From Glaucostegus cemiculus (taxonomy: Eukaryota), in the NCBI GenBank assembly GCA_976551045.1, contig CDPCPM010000073.1, forward strand, positions 18,724,001-18,788,000: a stretch of 64,000 nt of DNA, read 5' to 3'. A program made the position numbers and the translations under genes. Position 1 is the stretch's first letter. Every line of letters starts with the position of its first letter. Below are positions 25,591 to 38,470 of the stretch, piece after piece. Below the pieces are notes generated by a model, which was given only the letters and a program-made list of their open reading frames with translations, had not been told where the DNA came from and did not search any database.

Positions 25591-28500
25591 TATTCCTCCG
25601 TCCCACCATCACATTTTAGTGTGAGCCAGAGGGCTGGGCGATACAGTTGCTTTAAAATATTAGAGCAAAAAATGTTTTGGGCGCTTAGGAATTTGCGGCT
25701 GCTTTATCGATTTTCAAATGCAGTCTTTCCAGGTTAACACCGCTCTTCCCCGCAAACACAATTAGATTTAGCTTTAATTTCCTTAAGAATATGAGGGCAA
25801 TTATTACTGGTAATTTCTCAAGCATCTGTGGCCTGGAGCGATTAACAAGAGCTTGGTTATGTAGTACAGCACATAGCGTCGGCGCTGTGGTGACAAGGTG
25901 AGAAGGAAGCAGGGGACGAATCTTACCCATTAGTTCTGTAACACTTGCAAAATTGCTGTGCATTTGGAAGACTTTTAAGCGGCCAGCGCAGCCTTCCCGG
26001 ATAAACAGTTGACAGGAAATAATAAGGGGAAAATATCATATGGGGGTCCCTCACCTTTATTTGTACCCCGGCATAAAGTCGTGGGCGGATGCTTCCGAGG
26101 ATGCCCGGGTTTTACTGTAGAATGTGTTTGAGCGCAAGTTTTTACGCGCCTACAAGCAGTGGCCAAGTCTTACTATGCAAGGGCACCGTGTCTGGAAGTT
26201 TTCAGAAATTCCTTCCTCACATTAGCCGGATTTTCTGTCACATCCTGGATTAAGAGGCATCCGTCCATCTTTGTAGCTATGTGGACGGCGGCGGCACCAG
26301 CGCAGTGGGGGAGACCACAAACCAAGCGGATTTACTCGTGTTCACAAGCCTCCAATGTCAATTCCCGCTTATGCGCCCAACCTCTAGACCTGGAAATCTC
26401 ACCCCCCCCCACCACCCACCCCACAAAACCTCTCCAACCTCTTGCTGAAGGTTTTCCTTCAAGTCTATCAAACTTATTTGTCCCGACAACAATATCCAGA
26501 GTAAAAATGTCTGTGATTATCCTGTTGTAAGGCACCTATGCTACCACATTGAAGCGTTTACATACACTTGGCTGCTCTGAAGGTTTCTTGTTAGTCTGAA
26601 TGAAATGATAAGGCGAAGAAGTCACACCCATCCCAGTCTCGTTGCCGCTTTTGTTACTACAATGTTTCACTGTTCTCGATTACTAGTGGTGTGTGGCTAA
26701 GCCAAGTTTTGTGGTGTTCTACCCATTATGACAAGGTGCCAGGAGGAGAGAAACTGAACGTCAAGTCTTGTTAAATAGTTATACACAATTACAGTGGAGA
26801 TTCTGTAGAAACACAATCGTGCATTTATAAGATTTTGTGGCGCTCTCATATCAGTAGAGTGTAAACAGGGAGAACATTGGGAGTCCCATGTCAATAATGA
26901 AAAATGTTGAATCGAGGTGGCAAAGAGTAAGGTGCAATATAATGTGTCCAGTCTCTCAAACCCAGGGTGATTGCCCCCCATTTGGGATGAATGGCGTTTG
27001 TGTGTTGGGAGCCTCGGAGCGGAGCAAAAGTGCTTCAAATAGGGTTCTTTTAAAAGAAAAAAAAGGTGTCGTTGACTAGGATTTACCGTGAACTGTGTTT
27101 CTTTCCACATTTGGAAAATTGCTTGCTGAACGCCACTATTCAGAAGCCTTGTTTGTCTATTCGGAATTATAATAAAGCGCACGTGCTTTTTAAACTCAAA
27201 ATAAACCCCAACCACCATTTTAAACAAGGGCGACTTTTTGCGGGACCCGTTTGCGATTTCATTGATCAGCCAGTGCCGTAGCCTGGGTTCACCCTGAAGC
27301 TGCTCACACCACCGGCCAATTCCTTTGCGCTGGGGCTTGGGGTAAACGGGATGCCACAGAGCAAGTGTTACTTGTCAGAGGGTGGGTCTTGCCAGCATTT
27401 GCCTGTTTCAGTTCAATAAAAGTTGTTTCCCGGCTCAGGACTAAGTTCTCTTCGAGTAAAAGGAGGTTCAGTTCTAAATACAGCACTGAAGGGAAGGGGC
27501 AGGGCAGACTCTGCATTTTTGGAGGTGCCAAGTCCAAACTTGGCAGACTTTGCTGCACTTCATCAGATATTAATAATCCTTTCGTTGACTTAAAAGGCAA
27601 TGTGCGCTTTAGTGAAATGTGGAGCATTGCAATGCTGTGTCTACGTTAATACTGGCTGCCTATACTGCAAACAGTATAGTAAAAACGTGGTTGTCAGTAC
27701 TTTAGTGGTTTAGTGCCGTTTACTTTGGGTACCCACAACTTTAATTAAAGCAATATACATAATTACCTGAAGTGTTTTGCAGTGATAGTCTTTTGGTCTT
27801 TGCAGACTTATTGTGCTTTTGCTCTTAATATATCTTTATTACTTTAGCCTCAAAATCTCATCCGCAATTGTTTTTAATCTCCGAACCTTTCACCCATTTC
27901 GAGAAGTTTGCGTCTTTTTTTTCGTTGGATTCACCCCGTTAATGAGCATTTTGGCCGATACACTTCAGTGTTTGAGTTTATAAGAACAGTTAGTTAAACA
28001 GCTTATTTAAATGCAAACAAAATTACACGTTTAGTTTCATATTTGATCCTTCATTACTAAGAAGCTTGTTGCTGAGATTCGCCCTACAGACATAGCGGAT
28101 TATATGGAAACATGTCTGGGCACAGAAGCAATCTTTAATGATCAAATTGGCGATATTGTAATTTTAATCTAGGGAAGCGACATATCTAGAGCCCTGCATA
28201 CAAATTGTATAATCGCCTTCATCGGCTTCCACAGCCAATGCCACCGACTACAAGGGCGGAAGAGACCAAGTTCCCCGCTCTCTTTTGTTTTAAATAAATC
28301 AGAAAAGTTGTTATGGTTTAACGCCCGGGAAGCTCAACAAGGCCGAGAGAATTTTACATGGTTTTTGTTTAACCAAGTACGACGAATAGTTATGGTGTGG
28401 GTATGGGTGAGGGATGGGGAGCCAAGGAGGACAGGTGTGTGTGACTGGGTGAGAGGGAGGGGTAAGGAAGAAAGGGGTGTGTGTATTTGTGAATGTTGAA

Positions 28501-30574
28501 AGGAGGGGATGGTGGGGTGACCAAGAAAGATGGAGGTGTGTAGGGATGGGGATGTTTAAAGTAGTGGAAATCTCACACTGGAGAGATAGGAGCACAAAAC
28601 ACGCACAGTGCGGTTGCTCTGCAGATATTCCCATGTATCATTCCAGACGTACATTTCCAATCTGCTGGCATCAGTCGTCTCCTGCGGGGTGCATGCGACA
28701 TTCCAAAGTCAGAACACTGTATCCTTGTTGAACAGCTTTTGTTTGAGGTATGATATTGATGATCAAAGTGCTCCTTTTCTCTTCCATTCAGTTTCTCCAG
28801 GTTATTGGGATTAATCAGTTCTTGTGTGGGGATAGGGAACAAATGGTCTCTCCTCAGAATACCAATCGGTTGGGAGATGGAAACATTTATTGTAATAATT
28901 TATGTAGACCTTAGGAAATCTAGATACATATTTTAACGCATTTTGCCAGCTGTGGAGATTTATAATTTTGTTTACATAAATTAATAATGACAAGCAGGAA
29001 TTAAATGAATGTGTAAAGTCTTTCTTGGGCTCTCCACAGTGCACACACTTCCTCAGCAGCCTACTCTAGGCTTTTGTGCTATCAGCTGAAGTGACTGAGT
29101 CTGGCTGAGTGCTAGCAGCACTCCCCTTGGTCCAGGCTTGCTTTTAAAGAGACACAAGGCAGATTTCAGCCTGACAACCCATCACTTAATTACAGTCCAA
29201 AGTCCCCTGTGCCCACATCTTTAGCTGCAATTTCTTTAAGCCTCTCTGTTCACCCCATTTAACAGCAACTCTCCCCCCCCCACCACCACCTCTGCAACCA
29301 ATTCTGCTCCTTTGACTAGAGTTATATAAGAGGGAGAAAAGACTGAATAATGCATAAAGCTGTTTGAAATGCATGTTAATCCATAACTTGGAAAGGCAGA
29401 AGTATTGAGGGTTCTTTTTTTTTGGGGGGGGGACCTTTATTTGCTGGGAATCACCATTGCTTTAGTGTATTGCTTTGGAGTGGGGAGACAGACTCCCCTC
29501 TTTCACCACTTTGAATGTGGTGAGTCATTTAAGTGGAGGAATGTTCATTTTTGTCAGAGCGGGAATGATGAGGTCCACGGCACAAGGTCCACTAATATAG
29601 ATTCCTACTCATTTTAACCATCAACCCAGAGTAATTAGGAATCAATGCATTATCTGTCTATCTCAGCCCGTTTTCACTAGTGCAGTATTGGTCTGGAAGT
29701 TTCACCCATTCCATGTCAAACTTAGTGAAAGCCCTGATAATGCCCTTCCTCAGGACACTGCGGTCATTTCGAAATAAATCATTGGACTCATCATTAGGAG
29801 ACATGTTGGATGAGGTTTTTTCATTTTAATGTGGCACCTCCACAGCTTGACCTAAAATCAGCAGCATGTCTTCAGGTTTAATGTGCTGGAGATTCTGCTG
29901 AGGTTGAGCTGATCATTGCTAACTGCCAATAACCTGGAATGCTTCCTAATTCAAAATCCGTATTTTTAGCAATATTTGTAAAGATTGTTGGGAAGGTATG
30001 GTCAGAGCAATATTATTTATGTAGTTACCCAGATACATCATCCAATTATTGCACATACAAACCTCAGAATGTAAGCAGGATTGGTCAGGAATGGGTGTCA
30101 GTTTGGTGGGTCATAAATTAACCTGTGTTCAGAACCTTTTGCCCTACCTGGCTGCTTTATAGTGCTGAGAGTATGCACAAATATCTACCTTTGAGAAGGA
30201 AGCACGTAAATTGCCGAAAGGACGCTTAGGTAATCTTTAAATGCAAATTGTTACTGAGCTGGAATTACATCGTGTCTGGTGTGAACTCAAAGCAGCGTGA
30301 GGTGGTCTCCGACTGAGGCACTCACAGCATTTTGGTTTAGGTGCTGATGAGGGTCAGGCTGAGCCTGACTTCCTGATTGACACTGCAACTTTCCTTTCAA
30401 TGCATATTAAAACTTCCTAACATAAGGACAATTAACAGTATAGTTACATTTTGAAAACACTAAACAATAAGATGATTTATTGCCATTGTTTGAAATTTAG
30501 TTTTGGATTAAAACTGTATTCACCTTTGATCCCCACATTAGTGCAGAAAGTATCAAGAATGTTTAAGAATCGGT

Positions 30575-30840
30575 TTTCAGCATAGGGGTATATCACTGGC
30601 CAAGACAGCATTTATTAGCTTTCCTGGTTGCCCTTGAGAAGATGGCGACGAGTCCCTGCAGTACACCCACAGTGCTGCAGGCAGTGATCTTAGGGAGGGA
30701 ATTTGAGGAATTTTGACCAGCAGCAAGAAAGAAGTGGCCATGAATTTCCAAATCAGGATGGTGTGTGTCTTAGAGGGGAGCAAAGAATTTGTTGGTGTCC
30801 TTGTTCCAGGTGTCGGGGGTTAAGGGTTTGGCTGGTGCTT
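30575..30840 (-). mobile_element. 3' end of the same LINE family
   Basis: CACTGGCCAAGACAGCATTTATT..TTGCCCTTGAGAAGATGG..TTTCCAAATCAGGATGGTGTGTG matches the 48730-48930 segment in reverse. Confidence 0.65.
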
Positions 30841-33800
30841 TGGAAGCTTACTGCAAATTTTGAAGCATTATTGAAGAAGGTTATCAGTAATAAATGTTAC
30901 AATCATGGTAAAACTCTTTGGTTAGACAACAGCTCCAATAGACCCTAAATATTCTTTCTCAGTCCAAATTAGAGGTTACCTTGGCAATGGTATAATTGGT
31001 ATCTGGGGAGCTATTGCTGCAAAAGCCTTTAGGCCTGTGGAACCTTTCTGGAAGTGGGTAGCTTGAAAGTGAAGACTGATGTGTTTTATTAACAGTTAGT
31101 GGGGTGTGTCTGTCAGCAGCCAAGTGTCTGTGACATCTCTCTAACACCTGATGACTCTAACACCCTATGGCACAAAAGCAATCAAAGTTTCCAAAAAAAA
31201 CTTCTTTGGTCATAGGTGGCAATGAAAATGGTTTCAATGCTATTTCTTCCTAACTTGCCTGTTAGCAACTTGATTCATTTTTAGCAGATATTTTATATCA
31301 ATGTCCAATTGATACAAAAGATATATTTATAAACCTCTAAAATAAGATAAACATAGCACTGCCTAGGAAAGCTCGCCATGTTACAAGAACAACGGTCTGG
31401 ATCTAATGAAATCATACTGGCTTTACAGCCACATATATTGAGAAGAGCTCAACATATTGATAATTGTATGTAATTGGTTAGGAGTAGATGTATTGACAAA
31501 TGCAATATTTGGAATAATTCACTTCACTAATTAGATCTGACTATTTTCCTTTCATCACTTGGATGACAATCTATGCAAAACCAGTATTATGAATCACGAG
31601 GGCCCAGCTGACAATCAACTTGCTTAAATAAAACTGTATTTATTACCCCATTCCTCTTTTTATATAGTTTTACTTTATAACCTTTGAAAGCTAAAGAAAC
31701 TATTCTTATCCTCACCAAGAAATATAAAATGGTTCTTTAAAAATGGTCTGATTTTATCTGTGGGTGAGGCTTTATGTGATTTTCTATGCTGTAAACCAAG
31801 TGCAAAATTTGAAGGAGAATACGGATAAAAGTCCCAACTTTTCTGGGTGATCATGTCGGCAGAGGCATTAACTCCTTCAATGCTGGTAATGGGGAATTCG
31901 GCACCTAAGGAGTTCACTTTATTTTCTAATCAATGGCATTTCCATATAGCAATTTTTTATTTAAAAACATACCGCTGCAATGAAAGTCTTTTTTACATTA
32001 AAACATGTATGTGGAATGGAACATTTTCTTCAAAATCATTAAGACCTTACAATTTAACATTTTGTTGTTAGCACCATGCAATTTTATGTTTGTGGGTGTG
32101 ATAATCTCATTTCTCTTGGGATTAATATTGAAATGTGTACAAATCCAGAATGATGACTCACGTGTGTGAAATTACACTTCGATGGTCCCCAAAGTAGCTT
32201 AAAAGGCAAAATTATTGCTGCAGTTGAGGCTGTGTACAAATAGGATCTGCTGTCTTCAAACGCTGAGAGTGCAGCCTAGAAATCCTTTCACGCAATCAAA
32301 AAGCCGTAATAAATTGTATGCACTTATTGTAGGAACCATCTTCCAAATTGTTTCCATTTAAAGGCAAGTGAACTAAAGATTTTTTCTTAGAAAAGGAAAT
32401 GGAAACTTAGTCAGAGGGAATGTAAAATGATTTTAAATGCTTTTTATTTGCTAGCTGTTGAAGACTACTTGGATATGTTTTGACAAGAGATTGTTTGAAA
32501 AAAAAACTATCTGAGTATTAATTGCTATGGTTCTTGGTGCTGTCCAGTTTGTGTATCACCATTTATCAGTTCTATCTGCTTGTTTGTTAAATTGTGAATT
32601 CTGTCCCTTTTCAGCCCTGACAGGGACTCAGCTCCTTTATGGTGTTTGTCTTATGTTATAGCTTTAAAAGGCAATCTTTTTCTTGGCAGAGGTTTAATCG
32701 CCTCATCTTGGATTTTCTGTAACCCTTGGGAGATTGCATAATGCACAACAGCACCAGATACATAATGTTTTTAATGCCTGCACTAACTCCAATGAATGGT
32801 CCCTTACATTGTGCAGAGGCTGAATCTGTTTCTCATCACCAGTCATGTACAAGATTATGCAAGTCAGTCTTAATGCTAAACATTATAAAGCAACTGGAGG
32901 ATAGAAGTGTTTGTGTGTCTGTATTTATGTGCCTGTACATGAATTTGTTTCAGTGCATGTCTCTGCATTTATTTTCTTCTAAAGAACCCCAAACATAAAG
33001 CTTTTCAGAGGAATAATATTCCTTAATGATTTTAATCTTTTGCGGATTTTGACGTGTTTTATTTTACCTATATTGACATGTTTTGGTATGCTTCATTGTA
33101 CTCAAATTTTCAAAAAAAGTTGTTCAGTGCCCTGCTGTGTAAAATTTAGTATATGTGATATACCATGATTTGACTATTTCAAGATAGAATGCAAATTAAA
33201 AATAATACACATGTGCAGAATGGTTTTAAAATTATACCTTCTCCATTTACAGAGGAATAATACTTGAGGCTTTGAACAGAATCTGAAATGTGATATTTTG
33301 TGACTTACAACAGTCATTTACTGACATCAGTTTGGGCTTTTGGTATGGCCTTAGCTAGGCTGTACTGTGTCATGTAGGATATTGACAAGATGGGAACATT
33401 ATGATAGAAATAGATACTTAACTAATCACTTTGTCCTTGAATTGATATGGGTAGAGTATTACAGTGCCTATGTATTTTATTCAGTAGTTAAGTTGATATA
33501 CAGAGACCAGCTAGCTTTGCTGCACAGCAAACATTGCAATATATTTATAGCCTTTCAGTTTATTAACTGAGAAATTGACACACATGCTAATGGAAAAATA
33601 TACTCACACACACAACCTAATCCCAAATTCTGTGCATGCTGAGGCTCGCTGGTACTTGTTTTTGTCTGTTTACCTGCCAATATATTTAGTATAGCCCAAA
33701 TTCTTGATTTAATCAGTAATGGATTGAGTATTCGATTGCAAAAATAATTGGCTGCCATACCCTAATACAGATTTATGAGTTACCCCAAAAGAATAAAGGT

Positions 33801-35049
33801 GTTGGTGTCCTAACAAGAGGTAACGATGATTTATTGTGCAGTTCAGCCGCAGCTAATAAATCTGTATCTGTTATTCTAATGAAAGCTGTGACCTTTATCC
33901 CCTCAGTGAAGGATTCTTTGACTTTTTAACATGGCATCAATTACCAAATTATGTTTCAGCTGGAATTTGGACAATGCAAGATAGTGAATGTTTTAAGAAC
34001 TGCAACAGTATTAAACTTTACAAGATGGTTTCCTTTTACCTTCCTGTCTCTCCATCCTGCCTATCACTATTTATTTAGAAAAGGCTGTAGATTAACATAT
34101 CCTTTGTCCTTATGGAGTTTGTTTGTTAGACTTCTACTATTCAACAACATTACAGCTATTATTTCAAGAAAGCACTTGTTTAAGGTAGATTTCCCATGGC
34201 CCCCATGGTTTAAAATAAAAGAAAATTTAACAATAATGTCAGGCTTTTTAAAATGTGAGGTTTTTGCGCTTATAATATCTTTCCTTTTTTTATGTATTTG
34301 TACAGTTAACAGATTCCCACTTTAGTATGCGAGTCAGAATGAATGTGACTTTTGATACACATGCCTTTATTATCTAAAGGGTCATTGAAAATTTGGCTGG
34401 GGTATGAAGCTTCGTTAACCCATTATCCCTATGCTCACAGACTTGCACTAATACCCTTCACCTTCCTGTAATTTGGCTAAGTGACTGCCTTTTGTGTGGG
34501 AAAACCCAACAATGAATGTTGGCAGGTTGACCACTGCAAACTCAGCTTGCTCTTGCTCTCACTCTACATCCACCAATGTATGATGACAGTGAGGATCACT
34601 GGGGGTGATTGGTGTTCTCCTCACTAGCCTAATTACCTTTATCCCATCCTCACCTTGCAACTAACTCAGCCAGACGAGCCAGGGAGCAGCTGAGGTTCAG
34701 TTATTGTACTGACTGCACTGAGAGTCCAGGGGAAAGTACTATATAGGCAATTGCCCATATTTGTTTTGATTTATTTAGTGACATAAGGCAACATTTTTGA
34801 AAGCTTATTATTGAGACATCTAATAATGAAATGTTTGCCTTGCATTCCAGTTAGAGCTCAGTAGTCAAAGAATACTGAGTATTTTAAGTGACTATAATGG
34901 TTCTACATGGAGCAATATTTTTGTAGAAACTCGTTAGCGCATTGTGTAACAAAATGTGAGGTCTCCAAACTAACTTAAATCAGATCTGATTGAATGGGAG
35001 AAAAGGACAGAGCAAGTGTAAAGGGGAAATGAGATGACGGACAAAGGAA

Positions 35050-35160
35050 TAGAAGGTAGGGTCGGAGGAATTATGATGGGAGAAGGCAAGTGTGGAGCAC
35101 ACATTGCAATGTACCAGTTGGGCCAAATGGCCTGTCTCTGTGCTGTCAATTCAGTGTAAT
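35050..35160 (+). mobile_element. CR1 3' end fragment
   Basis: GTGTGGAGCACA..ACCAGTTGGGCCAAATGGCCTGTCTCTGTGCTGT..TTCAGTGTAAT. Confidence 0.65.
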
Positions 35161-35659
35161 TTAATAAATTTGGTTGACTGATGTGGAAAAGTTAAAAGCA
35201 GTCCTTTGCACCAAATTCTCAGCTAATCTGAAACAAAAATGCAGAGGGGATGGAGCTGCTACACTACCCAAGAACTTTTGTTTTTAACATTACCTGAGAG
35301 AGTTTCAACATATTGTTCAGATTTACTGATTCAGAGGTCCAGCTTTGTGCAGGCATGCTTTTAAACCTTTCGCCCTAGAACTTTTTTTTCATGGAAATCT
35401 AAACTTGACAAAGGCAAAAGGTTAAATGCTGGCCGATTATACGGTTTCAATACAAATTCTTTCATGTGAATGAGATGCACATGCCAAACATTTCAATCGA
35501 AAGTTGAGAATATCAAAGCAGCACTAACAACAAAGTGCAGGAGTATTCTAAGGGGAGAGAGGGGATCAGTTCTTGGTCAAATTGAAGATGACTTTTAGTA
35601 GAAAACTGCTGCTGACGTTTTCTCATTATTGAAAGGAAGAGACTAGAGCCAGATATTTT

Positions 35660-36270
35660 TACATTTCTGTAGTACTTTTCATGACCTCAAAATGTTCCAA
35701 AGCGCTATCCAGCCAATGAAGTACATTTGAATTGCGGACACTGTTGGAATGTAGAAAACACGACAGCCAGTATGCTCACTGTAAGCTCCCACCAGCAGCA
35801 TTGTGATAATTGACTACTGATGTTGACTGAAGGTTGAATGTTGGCCAGGATACTTAGAATAGCTCTACTGTCTTCTTCAAAATACAGTCACAGTGTCCTT
35901 TACATATAACTGAATGGCAGGCAAGCTCAAAAGCAAAGAACTGCAGATGTTGCAAACTGGAGATGAAAGAGCATAAGGTGAAAGTACATAGCTGGTGAGG
36001 TAGCCCATGAGGAGAAAAAAAACTGATTTAATCAGGTTGATGACCTTTTACCAAATCAGGTTCTGAAAAGTCATTGAACTGAAATAATAACTTTTTTTTC
36101 TCCACAGATGCTGCCTGGTTTGTTGATATTTCTAGCATTTTCAGTTTTTACCCAAATGGCAGACAAAATCTTGGTTTAATGTCTCATCCAAAAGGGGGCA
36201 CTTCCAGCAGTATGGTGCTCCCTCAGCACTGCACTGGAGAGCTCACCTCAACTTTGTGTTCAGGCCTCTG
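35660..36270 (-). mobile_element. DeuSINE (SacSINE1-like) copy, interrupted by the palindromic element
   Basis: L2-type tail (CTTTTCATGACCTCAAAATGTTCCAAAGCGCT..CAGCCAATGAAGTAC) and Deu-domain-like GGTTTAATGTCTCATCCAAAAG..GCTCCCTCAGCACTGCACTGGAG. Family name is from recall. Confidence 0.7.
35929..36150 (-). mobile_element. Old palindromic Penelope-type copy nested in a SINE
   Basis: Two decayed arms (CAGGTTGATGACCTTTT and AAAAGTCATTGAACTGAAA...CCACAGATGCTGCCTGG). Flanked by AATGGCAGGCAA 35913-35924 and AATGGCAGACAA 36155-36166. Confidence 0.75.
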
Positions 36271-36904
36271 GATAAAAATTAGAATGTACCTGTGCAATAT
36301 TTGCATATGATTGCTGATATCTTGCTTGTAAGTACAGGGACTTTTCTTGCCAGATGGTTAAAATACTATTTCTAATTGCTTCTTCCTAGTTATAATTCCC
36401 CAGTGTTTGGAAAGAACTGGCTTGTCCAGGTCACTGGAACTAACTACTGTCTTTAAACTGAGGGAATCTTTGGCATCAGGGTACAAAAGGGATGCACTTT
36501 CACAAACTGAAGAACTCACTCATCCATGGCTAGTGGATCAATCTGCCAAGAATCCCATGTCTTTGGATTATCAAGTCAGCTCCTGTGCTCTGGATAGCTT
36601 CCCTCCGACAAGTTTTGACTGAAGAATGCAAACAAGACTGGGTGGAACTTTCTTCATGTCACCATGTCAGTTTTAAAATGTTTGCCGACAGTAGTCTGGT
36701 GTGTCAAATGTCAGATGTTTTAAATTTTCAGTAATCACTTAGACAATAATAGAAACTCTTACAAAATATATTGAAATTTTGTTATCCCCAATCATACAGA
36801 ACAAATCCTTCATTATGAATTGTTACCTTCAGCTTAAGCTTCAGCAGTGGATCGTCAGTATCCTCAAATCTCATTATCCAGGCACTTTACATAAACCCAG
36901 GTAT

Positions 36905-37060
36905 CTGTATAGTACCTTTCACGTAGCAGAATGTCCCAGTGATGCCTCCTAGGAGAACTATCAGGGAAAAATTGATGTTGATCCTAATATTAGGACAGGA
37001 AAAGAATCAAGTTTTCAGGAAGAGGTTCAGGGAGGGAATTCCAGTTATAGCAGGGCATGG
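36905..37060 (-). mobile_element. L2 3' end fragment
   Basis: TATAGTACCTTTCACGTAG..AATGTCCCA..ATATTAGGACAGG..CAGGGAGGGAATTCCAG. Confidence 0.6.
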
Positions 37061-37962
37061 ACTGGTGGTACAAAGGAAATTGTGGATTTCAAGAACATAC
37101 ATTAACAAATTTCTGTTTCAAGGATGTATTTATAAAACATGACTTTAAACAGCAATGTTCAACCATTGTGTAACTTAGTTAAAATTACTTTGCATTTTCA
37201 ATTTTATTATCAGTTTCTTTTTTGATTTCTTCCTCTGCCAGTTTTCAGCCAACTTTAAAGTATGCTTGGCCTTATTAAAAAAAAAACCAAAATTGCCTGT
37301 AAACTGTGGCGGTATCAGCAGGCTGTTGTACAAAGGAGGATTCTCACCTGTCGCTCACAGTGCAATGCTCCCAGCAGACATTTCCGTAGCATTGGAGAGT
37401 TCCCTCATTTGGTGCATTCCAAATTCCAAAAATGCTAAGATGCAAAATCGGCTAAGATCAGCTGGCTTAGCACAGATTGGAGATCATATGGTTTAATGAA
37501 TAAGGTCACTGATTGTTCATGAACCCAAAGTATCAATGTGTAATTGTGCAGCAGATAAAGCTGCTGCTCCAGTGACCCACATTCAACCCTGACTTCAAGT
37601 GCTGTCTGTGTGGAAATGACTCAAAGTCAGGTTTCTTCCCAGCTGATTGGTAGATTAATTGAGTACTGTAAGTTACCCCAAGTTGCACGTGGTGGGAAAA
37701 CTTTGCAGAATTTTGCCTTCTGAATTTAGTGATTTTCACATTATTTTCAGAGTGCACCCTGGATGGAGAATCCTCCAAGATTCTTAGTGTTAAAAAGGAA
37801 TTCCTAAACATTCTGTGGAACACCACAGCATGAGTGTGGAATTGGGACTATTGTAAAGTTTCATTTATTTGAATTTCGGGCTCTTTTGTATCATCTAGAA
37901 CAACATGCTTTTGTATTGTACCATTAACTATTTAAACCATCCTATGGCAATTGAAATGTGTT

Positions 37963-38111
37963 GCATATGGGTCAAAATATGATACTGAGCCACACTGGGA
38001 GATATGGTAGGTTTTAATAAGGAAAATAAACTGTTAGCATATGGGTCAAAATATGATACTGAGCCACACTGGGAGATATGGTAGGTTTTAATAAGGAAAA
38101 TAAACTGTTAG
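37963..38111. repeat. Perfect tandem duplication, 74-bp unit x2
   Basis: GCATATGGGTCAAAATATGATACTGAGCC...GGAAAATAAACTGTTA starts at 37963 and again at 38037, with no mismatch seen. Confidence 0.95.
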
Positions 38112-38354
38112 AGAAGTGAAGAAATCAAGAAAGAAATTCCAAAGCTTGTAGCCTTGATAATTAAAGATGTAACTGTATTTGAAAACTGGGGGCGGTTCAG
38201 TCAACTCCAAGGGAGTGATATACTCTGATTTGATCCAGTTTGATGCAAAATGAAATGCAAAAAGGTGAAGGTATAATACCAGTGTTATAATTGGGTGCTT
38301 GAGTTTACCTTGTAGTGATCCACTACTAGAATATTGGTGAGATCAAAGGAAATA

Positions 38355-38470
38355 ACTTGAATTTATATTGCACATTTAACTTCCCTCAAGACATCTCAAA
38401 ATATTTTAAGACTAACAAATTGGTCTTGAAGTGAAGTTGCTGTTGCATATGTGACAGCCAATATGTCCAG
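38355..38470 (-). mobile_element. SINE/L2 3' tail fragment
   Basis: AACTTGAATTTATATTGCACATTTAAC..CTCAAGACATCTCAAAATATTTTA..TGAAGTG..GACAGCCAAT resembles the tails at 35660 and 50985. Confidence 0.5.

Larger units (their letters stand above)
1..28700. other. Large CpG-retaining (putatively germline-hypomethylated) domain over the TNRC18 5' region
   Basis: Hand counts give 32 CpG in 12601-13200 versus 3 CpG in 40201-40800. CpGs fall off abruptly after ~28.7 kb without an obvious matching change in overall GC. Confidence 0.85.

Noticed and set aside
26697-27227. 176-aa minus-strand ORF (and the 160-aa ORF at 38749-39231)
   Set aside because: No recognisable domain, non-ATG start, and composition typical of translated non-coding DNA.
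32675-32700. TTTCTTGGCAG (also at ~51312) as the FLGS of the next TNRC18 exon
   Set aside because: The flanking codons do not continue the expected peptide and there is no suitable phase-1 acceptor.
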